Shown: positions 21,961 through 35,547, counted from the first letter of the stretch. The stretch: DNA of 64,000 bases from Eutreptiella sp. 'Long Island Sound 2002' (GCA_964036045.1 OZ038378.1:162874001-162938000), one strand, 5' to 3'. The notes: generated by a model from the letters alone, not told the origin. Numbers and translations: made by a program.

Positions 21961-24900
21961 GATAGCAAGCAATGGCAATGGAACTGTAAAGCATGTTGAT
22001 AGAATGTGTCTTGTCTGGTGCTTGCTGCGCCACCTGTAGAAGAATGCATGGTTCTCTTTCATTTTGATGCATATGGAATTGCAACAGCCTATCCATGCCA
22101 AACACCTGGAATTCCTTGTGTCTCTGGCTGAGCAGAAGAAAGCATGGGCCAGTCCTGTTGTCCCTCTGAAAATGCACCACTGTCCACTGTCAAGTAAGTA
22201 TGCAACCACCACCACAACTCCACGAGCGGTAATACAGGTGGAACCTGCGAAAAAAATTATCATGCATGTACCTTTGCGGCCACTTTTTCAGACAACCTGT
22301 GTGTGGCGCAGGTGGCGCGCAAAAGTGCCCGCGAAGGTGCAGGCCAAAATGCCACAAGGGTGCCCCCAAAAGGGCCCACGAAGGCAGAGGCCAAGGTGCC
22401 GGGCACCCTCCCGTGCACTCCTGTGGGCACTTTGCCGAGCACTTTCGCCTATGCCTTCGTGGGCACTTTTGTGGGCACGTTTGCAGCCACTTTTGCTCGG
22501 ACGACCTACACGAGACGTTGGAGGTATTTTGAAACACATCTTTGTAGGAATTGGGGTGCAAAAACGTAACAAAGGTTTTTGAGTGTGTCATGTAGTTTTG
22601 TCAGCCCGGAAGGTACAACATTGCACATTGCTCTGAAACATGGCGTGCAATATCCCATGCCAAAAAAAGAACGCAGGCCGGGCCAAACAGACGCATGTGA
22701 AGTGTACGCGCATGATGGGAATGTGCATGCCAAGAGGTCTAAAACTGACAAACAGAAAAATGGCTTCGGACCTTAAAATGCCATGGCATAGTTTGGCACA
22801 TTGTTGTTGGACAAATTATGCCATGCTAAATTTCGCCTGTCCCTCATTCCCCAGGGCTTGGCGGGCTTTCACTTCCGGGGAGGGGGGGGGGGGGGTCGAT
22901 AGAGCCCTCTGGCCGGGACCCCCCCCCAAAAAGGCTCAATTGACAATACCCCCCAAAACCGACCCGGGGACATCCGTGGTTCCAATGACGGTGGTATTTG
23001 TGTTTAAGGACACAAGGCCCCCGGTCAATTCCGGCTACACATGTATGTTGTGCCCCACCGGATGTAGACAAAATCCTTGCCGGGGTCTAGCATCAACTTT
23101 GCCTCATGATGTCTTGCTACTTTGAGTAATAGATGACTTCAAATAGCTAATGAATTCACCCTTCCCGAAATTGTGATGAGGTCGCATCATCCAAGCACTG
23201 GCCATGGTTTGTGTGAGTATATTCCCACAATGGAACGGGCATTTTGCCCAGCATCTTCATAGTGGGCATCTATCCCAGTGCTATGCATAGCCATTGACGA
23301 GCATTGTTGCAAGCATAGACCCAATCTAATTGTCTACGCTTGGGTACTGTTGCGGGCAAGGGTGTAGGTGCTTTGTGGACATGTGGAGATGTTTGCGGGC
23401 CACTGACTACCTCATGTGGTGACATGTTGGAGTGGCGTATGTGTGTGGGTGGTGTTTCTCATGAAAACTCTGCAAGCAGTTGTTTATGGCCCACTGTTCC
23501 TGTTTCTCCGTGCAGTGGGTTGTGTTGGCGAAAAACACTAAGGATCCAACCACCGATAAACTTCGTGTGTGTGTGGGTGTGTGTGTGTGACCTGTACTAT
23601 TTACAAGGGTTGAAGGCTTTTAATGTCCTGGCCGCTCTTTGTACTATTTACGAGGGCAAGGGCCGTTTAAAGTCCTGGACGTTGTGCAACGGGTTAAGCG
23701 AGGGGGTTATGGGTCAGGGACTGGCTGCGCCGGCCACCCCCGCCCTACTATTTACGAGGGAGATCCATGTGCAGCTATGACGTGGCATGCACATTCGTGC
23801 AGACGTGAGAGTCGGCATCCTGTGTGCTGTGGTTCCACCCCTTCTGCTGAATCAGACGCTGAGCAAAAAGACAGGATCAAGTGTGCTTAGTGTTGGCTCT
23901 CCCATGACCTTGTGTGTGTGTGTGTGTGTGTGTGTGTGAACCCCTCCCCAAAGCTTGTTAGCTCCACACCCTCTTCGTGCACCTTAGCTCCCACAACATG
24001 TTTGCAAACCAGGACGTGCTTCACCTTCGCACACTCATCAAGCGTTCATCACCTCAGGCATCTCCCTTGTGCTCCCTACTAGGTTGCATATTTGCATACA
24101 TACATAGTGGTGGTTGTGTGTGTGCACACTGTCATGACCGGGGCAGCTTATCTGGCCAAGGAAATTGCAAAATGCTAGACACAGTAGACGCATATTCGGC
24201 AGTCTTTGGCATTTGGTACGACAATCCTCATTTTCCCGTTGCTCCTCATTTTCCCGTTGCTGGGTTCTCTGTAGGGGTTCCAACTTAGCAGCTCCACAGC
24301 CCTGTTTGGAGTGGGCTCACTGATGGCGAGACTTAGATGTAGCAACAACACAACACGCAACAGCATAGACATTGATAGCCAGTGGTTCTGAAATGGTGGG
24401 TTTGCTTGTTGCCGACTACCGTTGTTGGCTACGGTGGCAGGTAGTAGTTGGTGCCAGCAATCCATGTTTTCACATGCCAAATTTTCAAACCACGCGCGCT
24501 TGTGACGGTACACAGGGAACTTGGAATGGTATGTGGTGTCGTGTATACTAAACGGACGGTCGCTTTACTGCCAATGGTGAGGGGTCCTTGTGTGGTGACA
24601 CGGTGGAGTGATGCGTGTTTGTGGGTGGTGTTTCTTGGGAAGCTACGCAAGCCATCGCTTTTGGTTTCTCCATGAGGCAAGCTGTGTCGGCCAAAAAAAT
24701 TAAGGATCCAGCCGGCAATAAACTTTGTGCATTTGTGTATGTGTGTGTGCGTGTGTTTGTGGGGGGGGGGGGGACAATATTAAAGAGGGAGGCCCGCATG
24801 GGTCCATGGCCCCCAGCGGTCGCCTCAGGTGCCGGCTTTAAAAAGACAAAACATACAGCCCTGGCGAACTGCGGCGCTGTCTCTGGTGCCTGCTCGGGTC

Positions 24901-25794
24901 GCGGTGGGGGGCCTCACCTGAGCCAGAACCTCTGGGGTTTGGGGTTATGTCACCACTGTCCCTGCTTTGCCATGCCTGGCGGCGCCCGGCGGTGGACATC
25001 GCATCCTCTTGGCAAGGGGGGGGGGGGGTCGCGTCCGCCCTCCCTCGCTTGTGGGGCCGCTCTCGGTCCGGTCCCGGGGCCAGAGCCCGCTGTCGTCTGC
25101 GCCTCTTCGCTGACGGTGTACCCCCCGCCCTAGGGGGGTGTGCCTCCGCTCTCCGTGCCCCCCGCTGCTGGCCCCGCGGGGCCATCGACGGCCGCGGATG
25201 CCCGGCATGTCCCCGGGCACAACAATGCCTCACCCCCCTGCCCACAGCTGCACATGACGCGCATTGTCTGTGTTGGTGTGCCGCGCAAACCCAGAGGCGG
25301 GGTAGTCGTGGCCTCTGCTCAGGGCACCTCGCCACTGCGCACTTCTGTGGTGGAGTGAAAAGCGCCGCTCTGTCACTGCTCGCCGGCTCCGCCGGGATAT
25401 CCGCCTCTTTGTTGACACAGTAAGGTGGGCCTCGCCGGGCCCCCGGCGGGATCACTGGGCCCGCATAAAAATCGCTGGTGTACGCCCCCGCCGAGCGCTT
25501 CGCGCCACCCTTACCCGGGCAGTGTGTGCGTGTGTTTGTGTGTTTCACCATTTTTACCAGGTCTCCTAGTTGAACCTGTATGTGTGGTGTCCTCGGGTCG
25601 GGTCGCGTCGCTCCCCATTGGTGAGGCCCACGGTGCAGGCCAGGGGTGCATTCCTCTGTTGCCCGTCGACTAGTGCAATATGCACTTTAGGCTACAACCT
25701 GGCTCGCTGCCCCAGGACCACCCTGGAAGTGGGGTGGCGGCTCGGTGGCTTCCGCCACACCAGCCCCATGGTATTAGGCCAAGATCTCGCATTG

Positions 25795-26272
25795 CGTGCG
25801 CACTGCGTGCATATTGCGCACGCAGAGGCTAGGATACTCACCCAAGAATACCTGTCACCTGTTTACTAGGGGGAATACTGAAAGGTGTCAATACCATAGG
25901 GTTGGCCAGGTGTCCATCAATAATTTTGGTTGTAGTTATAACCAACAGCATCGTCGAAAAAAAACTGTCCGGTCCTGGTGTTGACTCGCCACCATCGAGT
26001 GTCGGCGATCGAGAGCCTTCGAGCGACGATGACCACGTTGACTTCTTTGCAGTTGTGGACGTGGCCATACCGATCGATGATCTTGAGCATCTCGGTTTGA
26101 GAATCACCTTGAAGTCGACCAAGGTTTTGGTGCACGTACTATCTGTCGGCAAGAGTACTCTGCAGAGCGAATCGAACCGCCTCTACGGAGGCTTGTGAAA
26201 AGGGGCCAAAACTAGGGTTCGAGTATTTGCCGACATCCAAAACTTCGCACTGCGTGCATGGCATTCCCTTAG
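25795..26272. repeat. Repeat X, copy 1 (internally deleted)
   Basis: CACTGCGTGC motifs at both ends. Body closely similar to 26920-27620 but lacks roughly the segment 27345-27510. Confidence 0.8.
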
Positions 26273-26919
26273 TTCAACGAGTCCATCATTGCCATGTTGC
26301 CTTGTGTGTTGTGTGTGTATTGGGTCTTTCACGGCGCTGGTGGTGCTCATGGCAACGAGGCGGCCTCTATGGCCTACTCAATTTGGCGATTTCCACAGAA
26401 ATGATGCCCTTGACACATGGCTGCCACCGCCCGCCTCCAGGCATGCCACATCTGGGAATCCCACAACCTTTCGGTTGCGAGGCCTATGCTTAACCCGGTT
26501 GAGTTAACTGGGGATCCTTGTGTGGGTGTGGGTGTTTGCGTGTCCCACCCCCTTCCTAACTACTTGATTACCCCCGACTGCCCTGACTACCCTCCTCTTA
26601 CTTTCAGGGGCTGGAAGCCTCCCCTCCCCCCCTTCCCACTTCGATGTGCACAATGCATAGCCCACAGCCATGCCTGAGCCTTTGAGAGCATGATCGAAGG
26701 TGGCCAGGCACAGTCCACTTAGGCAAGCTTTCCAGGCACTTTTGCAGGTGTGGCGCGAGCACTTTGCCCCAGGCCTTTTGCAGGCACTTTCCCATGCACT
26801 TTGGCAGACATACTGCTGTGTCTGGCCCTTCATCCCTTTTGCAGGCACCCGTCTCAAATCCACTTGCTTAGAATTCACGGCGGGTTTGCCGTCGCACCTT
26901 GGGGCACTGGCTAAGTGTT

Positions 26920-27620
26920 TGCACTGCGTGCGCACTGTGTGTGCACTGCGTGTGCACTGCGTGCATATTGCGCACGCAGAGGCTAGGATACTCACCCAAG
27001 AATACCTGTCACCTGTTTACCAGAGGGAAGACTGAAAGGTGTCAATACCATAGGGTTGGCTAGGTGTGTCCATCAATAATTTTGGTTGTAGTTATAACCA
27101 ACAGCAGCGTCGAAGAAGAACTGTCCGGTCTTGGTGTCGACTCGCCACCATCGAGTATCGGCGATCGAGAGCCTTCGAGCGACGATGACCACGTTGACTT
27201 CTCTGCAGTTGTGGACGTGGCCATACCGATCGATGATCTTGAGCATCTTGGTTCGAGAATCACCTTCAAGTCGACCAAGGTTTTGGTGCACGTACTATAT
27301 GTCGGGAAGAGTACTCTGCAGGGCGAATTGAACCGCCTCTACGGATACGAGGCTCGCTGCAGTGTCGGCAATGACGACGTCGAGATCCGGACCGTGTTGA
27401 CTATGTACACTTTGTCGATGGGCCTCTTCTAGGGGGAAATGGTTGACAATTCAAATATGCCACATCCTAAATGCTTGGGAAGCCAAAAAACCCTGGTACG
27501 GAACCAAAAACTTGTGAAAAGGGGCCAAAACTAGGGTTCGAGTATTTGCCGACATCCAAAACTTCGCACTGCGTGTGCACTGCGTGCGCACTGCGTGCAC
27601 ACTGCGTGCATGGCATTCCC
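26920..27620. repeat. Repeat X, copy 2, with CpG-rich ORF remnant
   Basis: Tandem (GCACTGCGT(G))n ends. TCGA-rich interior with a protein-like minus-strand frame. Confidence 0.8.
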
Positions 27621-30072
27621 ACTGTCACGGGCGCTTTTGCGGGCACTTTGGCCTAAGACCTATGATGCACTTTCACAATCGTGTCACGTATGCCGCACAG
27701 CACGCGGCATTGCAGGCAAGCAATTTGGGATCACTTTTGCAGCAGATTGCATGTCCAATTGGGTCTGTGCTATGCTCTTTCACCAAAAAACAACACAGAA
27801 CAATTATGCATCCCTGCGGAACAGAGCGTAGCGCCACAACAGTGCCAAGCCCCTACCTTGTGGCAAAAGCACCAAAATGCGCAGAAACCACCCGGTATTG
27901 TTTGGGCCGTGCCATTGTTTGTCTGCAACCCGAGGACACACGTGCAAAGTACACTGTAACCCTTCAAACAGTCCAAATACATACTGAAGCAAGGCAACTG
28001 CACGGACAACAAGCAAAACCAAAGAGGAACGCCAAAGGAGGCAGTATTACTGAGTTAAGGTCCATGAAGGAATGACTGGAATAAGGCATTTCTGAACACG
28101 ATACTAAGATGACTGACAATGAAAGCAGCATCGCACTCAAGGTCAAGCTGCAGAAGCCAGAGAAATAGTTAATAGGAAATTAATATCGGCATCCAGGAGA
28201 GTACCCTGCTAGCATCATTGCAACCCAGCTACCAAGTCTAAACCTGTGCATGAGTTCCTCATTGTATGCAAAACAGCTAGGATCAACTACTGTAGCGTCT
28301 GTAGCAGCCCAGGCTTCAAAAACATGCAAATGCACGCTGACCCTTGAGCATGGCACCAGAACCAACGGTACCCGTGCTTTCTGAGCTAATGGAAAGTGCA
28401 GAAGCCAGGGGCTGTTCTTGGGACATGACTATGCCCCTCCCTCTTTTCTCTACCATAATCTATACACCACACTCCAACGCTTTACCAAGGAAAGGAAGCC
28501 AGGCCATGCAGACCCGGCCATCTACATGCGTGTGCATTGTCCCCTTGGTGTGATATGCAGGAATGCTGAGATTTGGAGTCTTTGAACTTCAAAGTGCATT
28601 CATGTTTTGGGAAATGTGTGTTCCCAAGGTTAAGCAAACTGTGCCAGGTCGCATCGCGATGCTTCCCTTTTGTGTGATGCAAACATAAAATGCCCACAAA
28701 CCCACACATATCCGCATGCTTGTGCGCAATTATAATCCCAGCCAACAGCACAGTCTGGCAGATACCATGCAGCCCGTACCGCTTTGGTGGAAGCAACTGA
28801 TTGGACGGTTTTCCTGCAGTTGGCTCCGCTCAATTGGGACGGACTGCTGCTCCAGATTGGGATTATGGGACTGAAAGGCTGCTGGCATTCACCGAGTAAT
28901 TGACACACCACCATATGGCATGTCAGGAGAGGAAATGCGGCAAAAGCCAGAAGAAACACGAGAGGGTTAAACTGGGAGAGTAATATCTGCGTGGGGTGGG
29001 CTGCAGATTTTACTGCAGATTGTGCTGGGAGCTGCTGCCAGGGTGGGCACCAGGCCTCAGGGAAAAAGGAGGGGGGGGTCTGGAGCTTGTGACCCACACA
29101 CCCAAGATGAGACCCACCCAGACCCCCCCCCTTTGTTGTACCCATTTGGGAAAGGGGGGGGAGGTTGTGGAATGCAAGGCTGTTGCAATGGGGATGGAGG
29201 TTAGGTTGCTCGGGTGCCTTATTATCAGTGGCACTCTCTGCTTATGTGTTGGCTGTTGGCTGTTGCTGGTCAATGCAACTGCTGCTGCTGCTGCTACTGT
29301 TGCTGCTAACAATGCCGTTACTGCCTTTTTGTACATTGGCTTCCTTGGAAATAACCGGAAACTGGAGAGGCTGTATTGACCTCTTGGTTACAGTCAACTT
29401 TTGTGCCTCACACTGTTCTCATGCTCCCGCTTCGCTTTGTCAAGACCAGCAATCACTGCCCCACAATATTGTTTTTGAATGGTGCCTGCATACATGCACA
29501 GGGAATGAAATACCCAACCAGGGAGACATCTCTGTTTGAGAACAAAGTAGAGACTGAACCCTACAAGCATGCTGACCCAGGACCCCCTGCAGGTATAAGC
29601 AGGAAGGGGTGCGGGATCCGGTTCTTGGTACCCACCCACCGAGACTCCCCCGGCCCCAACTATTGCAAAATAGCTCTTATACCCGAGGCCTGGTAGCCGT
29701 ATGAAACCAGGCATCAAACGCACACTCTGGCCCCTATCTGTGGGATAATGGACAAAAGTCACAACTTTAAGTTAAAATGGTATTAGCCACTTGGCTGACA
29801 ATCTCATTTGAGAGGGCTTGGGCCACACGAAAGGGACCGGGGTGGAGCGGTACAGTTGAAGAAACTCATTCACAACACCCTGACCACGTGCACCTCCCCA
29901 ACCTGCCTACCCACCCTCCTCCTCCCTTCCCCGACCCCTGCACACATCCAAGGCTCGATTGAACCCAACATTCGCAACACCGAACCAATCAAAACAAAAA
30001 CGGAAAGCAGCCCCTGGTCCACTTCAGCCGGATGCCCGCTTCAGCTTCAAATCGTCGCAATGCTCAAATAAA

Positions 30073-30108
30073 TCATTGAAATGCGTCTGGAGGGATGGTG
30101 CCTTTCTC
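30073..30108 (-). CDS. NXF1: NXF1-like, last coding exon
   Basis: gtgcAG|GAG AAA GGC ACC ATC CCT CCA GAC GCA TTT CAA TGA = EKGTIPPDAFQ*, the canonical G.IP..AF end of TAP-C. Confidence 0.9.
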   Translation of the reverse strand, partial: EKGTIPPDAFQ

Positions 30109-31607
30109 CTGCACCAGGGGAGATCAGCAGAAATGCAGGCGCATAGGGATGTGCCTCGGCCTGGCTGAAACAAACACGCATACACTTACACAAACTCGAG
30201 CATGGGATATCGAGCCCGTATGCATGCGGGGCTGCCCACTGCCGAGGGCTTTCGGCTACGGCCCGCTTGGGTTTCGGATTGGTATTCATGCGCCTCGTCG
30301 GTGGCCTGAGTGCCCCAGGGCTCACCCTAAGCTGCCCCCGCATTGTGGATCCGAAATTGGCCTCAAGTTTCGGGACCCTTGTGATCATTTACTTGATGAC
30401 ATTTCGACGCTTTTTTGATGTGGGCGAGTGGGTGAGCCAGGGGTAGCCAGGCCGAATCCCCCGCCCCCCACACCCCCCAGGGGATCGATTGCCCCAACCC
30501 ACAGCACGTACAAGGCAAGTACTTGCACTCGCGGGAAAATACACCGGCGATGCTGCGGCCTCTGAACGTTCACGCGTGCAAGAGGGTAGATCGAGGCTGA
30601 GTGCAGCCGGTCAACACAAGACCGTTCCTTGCCAGAAAGCGGAAGAGCGTGAGCCGAGGGTTCCAGAGGAGGTGGGGGGGGGGGATTGGGGGGGAGGGGG
30701 GGGGGGCTTCAACAGAATGGGTTGGTCGCTGCATGGAACACCCCGCCCTCTTCTCTTCAAAGCCCCCCTCGCGTCGAACACACACGGATGCGGGGGTCGA
30801 ACGGCTGCGCACCATCTTGGGATATGTACGTTGGCTTTGCGAATGCGCCGACGAGAAGACCACGGATCCGGCCAGGAGCACGGCACCAAAAGTGATCCGA
30901 CCGAGGGAGAGGACCCCCCCCCCCCAAAAGGTTCGCCAGATTCTTTGAGGAATCCCCACCGCCACCCAAATGCCCCCCCGGTGCTCCGGAGGTTGATAGG
31001 CCGGATGAGTGCCCCAAGGAAGGGCAGGCACGGGGTTGGTCCGTCAGTGGGGCAGGGGTGGATATAGTGGGGGGGGGGTCCCCCCCCAGCCCCCCCCCCT
31101 CCCCCCCCCCCGATGACGATTACCATTACGATTTACCCGTTTGACTGACCTAGCAATTTTGCCAGCAGTTTTACAAGAGGACTGATGGCCCAAAAAGGCA
31201 CCAAAGCAGGTGATACCCTGGATTTCATCCCAGGACAATCAATCTATGAGCCTGTGCATATACCGTTGTACTACTGAGCCAACCTGCCAGCCCTGAACAC
31301 AAGACAATACATTGCACAGCGGTTGGTATATCCCATGAAGACAGTCCACACAGTGCAATCATTTCTTGACACATTTTGCCAAAATGGCTTGCAATCCCGA
31401 ATCATCTTTGCCTGAACTGCCTGAGCTAATTGTAATTGTAATCGTCATTCCGTCATCACTGCCTCCTGGCTCAACAGCCCCCCCCCCCCCCCCCACCCCC
31501 ACCTTGGTAATGTCGTCACTACTATATCCACCCCTGCAGTGGGGAGCTCTGTCCTCGTTGCATTTCTTCCATCGCAGGCCTGCCCTTGCCCTCAGACACG
31601 CTCGTAC

Positions 31608-31730
31608 CTTGTTCTGATTGAACAGCGTCACGGCCGCATCGTAGACCCCTCCTGTCTCTTTCAGCAACAGAGTGGCAAATGCTGCATTCAGTCCTGTAGT
31701 GGCCATGAGCTGGGCCTTCATGTCTGGAGC
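31608..31730 (-). CDS. NXF1: NXF1-like, TAP-C (UBA-like) exon
   Basis: cctcAG|GCT...AAG|GTACGA. Length 123 bp, phase 0-0. Encodes APDMKAQLMATTGLNAAFATLLLKETGGVYDAAVTLFNQNK (TG(M/L)N...L...YD.A...F motif). Confidence 0.88.
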
Positions 31731-31851
31731 CTGAGGGACAGAGCACGCGTCAATGAGAGCCCGGACTGCTGGCGCGTGGCAAAGAAAAGGGCTGTGGCCA
31801 GTCGTTAGTGCCCGTGTACCAGACTTATCATTGCAGTTTTTGGGGGACCAA

Positions 31852-32274
31852 GGCGGGAAGAAAATTGCTCTGCGGGGGGGGGGGGGGGTGACACAGAAGC
31901 CCATTTTCCCAACCCCCCCCCCTCCCTCCTTGGCCGCCGTGACGGGAGGGGGGGGGTTCAGGGCGGGGGCGCCCGACCTGCCGTGCCGGGGGGAGGGGGG
32001 GGGGGGGCAACCCAACATCTATGGCTCAAAATGATACCCACGTCGCGCTGATCATTTTGACTACTCAGATGTGGGGGGGGGGGGGGGGGGATTATTGGTG
32101 GAAAAAACTTTTTCGGGCCAAATTTTGTGTTCCTGCGCCTTCGGCGCCAACATCTGTTCTTACACCAAACAAAGGGCCCGACACGGAACCCCATTTCTCC
32201 AACCCCCCCCCTCCTTCGGCGGGCGTCCATGTCACCCCCCCCCCCCCCCCCCGCAGAGCAATTTTCAGGTTGCC
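31852..32274. mobile_element. PIF/Harbinger-like MITE, copy 2
   Basis: Same termini and body as copy 1. 3-bp TSD CAA at 31849-51 and 32275-77. Confidence 0.85.
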
Positions 32275-32830
32275 CAACAGTGTGCTGCCGCGTGCTGCTG
32301 AAGTTTGCACATTGGCTGCACACACGCTGTCCGCGGTCAACAGCCAGCACCCGCCAATGACCAGCGCAGAAGACGGCACGCAGAACGAATGCGGCGCAAG
32401 CAACGGGTGTCATGAGGCAGCCGGCCGCACGCGGGACACCGCATGCAACGTGGCATCGTGCAGCAGGAAGCAGACATCACATACCGGCATGATTATGGGG
32501 GTGTCCTGGTGTACACGAAGGGTGATCTGGTCATTGGCTATGCGTGCCGGCCATTGCCTGCCAGCGAAGAGGACGGCAATGGCATGCAGACGAGAGGCCT
32601 GGTGACGCCTATGCCACGCAGTCGACCCCGCAAACCACTGCTGACGGAATGCCGTGGGGGTGTAAGAATTTGATCAGGTCTACCGTTGCTTGGATTGTTG
32701 CCCCTGAGTTTGTGCGCGCACACCAAGTGGCAGCAAGCAGGCAGGTGCATTGTCCCGAGCCCCCAGGGCTGCCATGCATTATGCCATTTTGCGGCATGAT
32801 ACCCTTATTTCGTTGACGACCTTCCCAGTT

Positions 32831-33229
32831 TGGTGTGGTGTGGTGTGCTGTGGTGTGGTGTGGTGGGGTGTGGTGTGGTGTAGTGTGGTGTGGTGTGGTG
32901 TGGTGTGGTGTGGTGTGGTGTGGTGTGGTGTGGTGTGGTGTGGTGTGGTGTGGTGTGGTGTGGTGTGGTGTGGTGTGGTGTGGTGTGGTGTGGTGTGGTG
33001 TGGTGTGGTGTGGTGTGGTGTGGTGTGGTGTGGTGTGGTGTGGTGTGGTGTGGTGTGGTGTGGTGTGGTGTGGTGTGGTGTGGTGTGGTGTGGTGTGGTG
33101 TGGTGTGGTGTGGTGTGGTGTGGTGTGGTGTGGTGTGGTGTGGTGTGGTGTGGTGTGGTGTGGTGTGGTGTGGTGTGGTGTGGTGTGGTAGGGTGGGGTG
33201 TGGTAGGGTGGGGTGTGGTGGGGTGTGGT
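32831..33229. repeat. (GTGTG)n pentanucleotide microsatellite
   Basis: About 400 bp of near-perfect TGGTG units. Confidence 0.97.
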
Positions 33230-35322
33230 GACCACAAAATTGGCGTTGTCAATGTGCTTAAGCAAGCAGGGCCGACCCAGGCTTGCGGTGCATGCCTCTG
33301 CATGCTGCTAAAAAATATGCATTCGGCTTGATGCAGTCATATGTGTGCAGCAGGTCTAGGCTAAATCCTTGTTGTTGACGAAGCCAGATTGTTTTTCCAC
33401 CTCAGCACATATGGCCCTGGGAGTACAACAGGGGGCAGGGGTTCCACAAAGCATCTGAATGGTTTTTCCTGAAAAACCTGGTGATATTGCACACCTCTTT
33501 CTGTGAAACAGGCAGATGTGGGTGTGTGAAAGGTTGCGCTCTGCGGTTTGTAAAGTGAGCAGCGCACTACCACGCAACCCATAATGTTTTGAACCCTAAT
33601 TTTTGGGCAACGCAATTTGCAATTTCATGCAATTTCATGTGCAAAATTTTTGCAAAGACTCCAAAAGCTAGAACATTTTTTTGCAATCTTTTGGCAAATG
33701 TCAATTTTTACGCCGGGATTGGGACCAGAAAAACTTTTTGCACTGCATGGGCGCTGGTACTTCTTGTTGCTCTCTCGCTGGATGCTATTAATTCCTGGTG
33801 CCAGCAATCAACGGCATCCATGTCGGTGGCACCAGAAATTAAACATCATCCACCCAGAGAGCAACACGAAATACCAGCACTCATCCAGGGAGCACCAGGG
33901 AATTAACATCATCCATCCAAGAACACCAGGAATTAACAGCATTCATCCAAGAAGCACCAGTAATCAACAGCATCCATCAAGGGGGCTGCTCCATGGATTA
34001 ATGCTGGTACTTCTTGTTGCTCCTTGGCATACCGCACTTGGCATCACATGGCAATCAATAATGGTCCTTGGGACCGCCAAGCGGACCACAGCGCGGCAAT
34101 CACCACCACAGCTGATTCATGGGGAATGACAGAAAAATGATTCTGAATGTTCAACATGGGTTCTGCAAAGGGGAATGCCTATCCCTTCAAACATTCTGTA
34201 AAAATGAGGCAGAGAGCAGCAAGCAGTACGGTAAAACATGCAGAAGTTGAAAACCAAATAATTCTTTTTGTGCATTGTGCCAGGGCATGACCAGAAGATG
34301 ATTTCATTCTGTTATATTTTTTTCGCCGTGCTGGAAATTAAGTATTTCCACAAAAAAAAGTAGGGTTTGCACGACACTTCGTGCAGCACTCTCCCATCTG
34401 TGCCCGATCCACACCAGGCCCAGCAATACTTGATTGCCTGTCAAACCGATGACTGAAGCATTGGAGGGTGCTCTCCACCGACGATGTTAAAAGGGTCATG
34501 GGTCCGAAGGGTTCCCCATCATCCATGGTCTGTGCACTGCATCACAGCTCCAGGTATGTGGGCTTGGTTGTAACAGCTGGGGCCGCCTTTGCCCTGTGTG
34601 TACCTTGCGCCCCACGTTTGGAACCTACTTCCCCAAACCAGCCTACAAACAGCAAACTCTCATTGGCGGACGGGTCAGGCCTAAAGAACTCTACCGTCTT
34701 CCTCCGGAAATCTGTTTTGGCCTCTTTGGCAGCTACTTTCTCGGCTGTCCAGGCCAATTATCTCAACGACTGCTCCCTCTTTCTGTGGAGGCATGTCTCC
34801 CCCTAACAGGCTAGAAATATTGTCCAAGGGGGAAAGAAAAGGTCTGCGCATTTTTCTGAACCGCCAGTTTCAGGCCCTTCCAACGAGCATATGCACATGC
34901 AGCGTCATACTGATGGCACACTATCCCCTGCAGGGCAGACACATATAATGCCACATTTGTAGCCATTCATGAGTGGTGGTGAGAGAACACATTACCATCT
35001 TGTCCCACAAGTGACACAAACTACGGGTGCTCGGCCTCATATTTGCACTACGCACACACTGCGCTCAAGGCGCCCAGTGATATGGATGGGGGCAAAAGCT
35101 TGCCAGATTGAATAAAGATTGAAGATAAAGATTGAATAAATAGTAAATTGAGTAGTGTCTGCGCAAAAAGGCCAAAGCAATTTCGATTAGAGCCACAGCC
35201 ATACAAATGCTGAATGAGATCAAAAAGAACCAGACCACATGCACCATTGCAGCACAAACCAAACCACATTCAATCAGCGTGCACAGATCCCCAAAAATAT
35301 TGGACAGCAACTTGGTACATAC

Positions 35323-35392
35323 GTGCCAGTCTTGTTTGGTCGGAGCACAAATATCCGGTCAAAAGACTTCTTGTACACTACGGAATCTCCAG
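35323..35392 (-). CDS. NXF1: NXF1-like, NTF2-like beta-strand exon
   Basis: ctgcAG|CT GGA...GGC AC|GTATGT. Encodes GDSVVYKKSFDRIFVLRPNKTG, matching the F.RTF.L.P motif. At least one small exon on each side was not located. Confidence 0.78.
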
Positions 35393-35512
35393 CTGCAGAA
35401 CGTCAACAGCAACCGGCAGATAAGCGAGCAATCAACATAGCTCATCCCGCATCATAAACGGATCCTTTAGAAGCCCCAAGAAACACATTCAATGCAACCT
35501 CCCGAACGAAAT

Positions 35513-35547
<35 letters not shown>

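Noticed and set aside
32609-33331. Long ORFs (HHTTP / VVWCG repeats)
   Set aside because: Translations of the (GTGTG)n microsatellite. The same applies to ORFs over 50856-51596 and 57239-58320.
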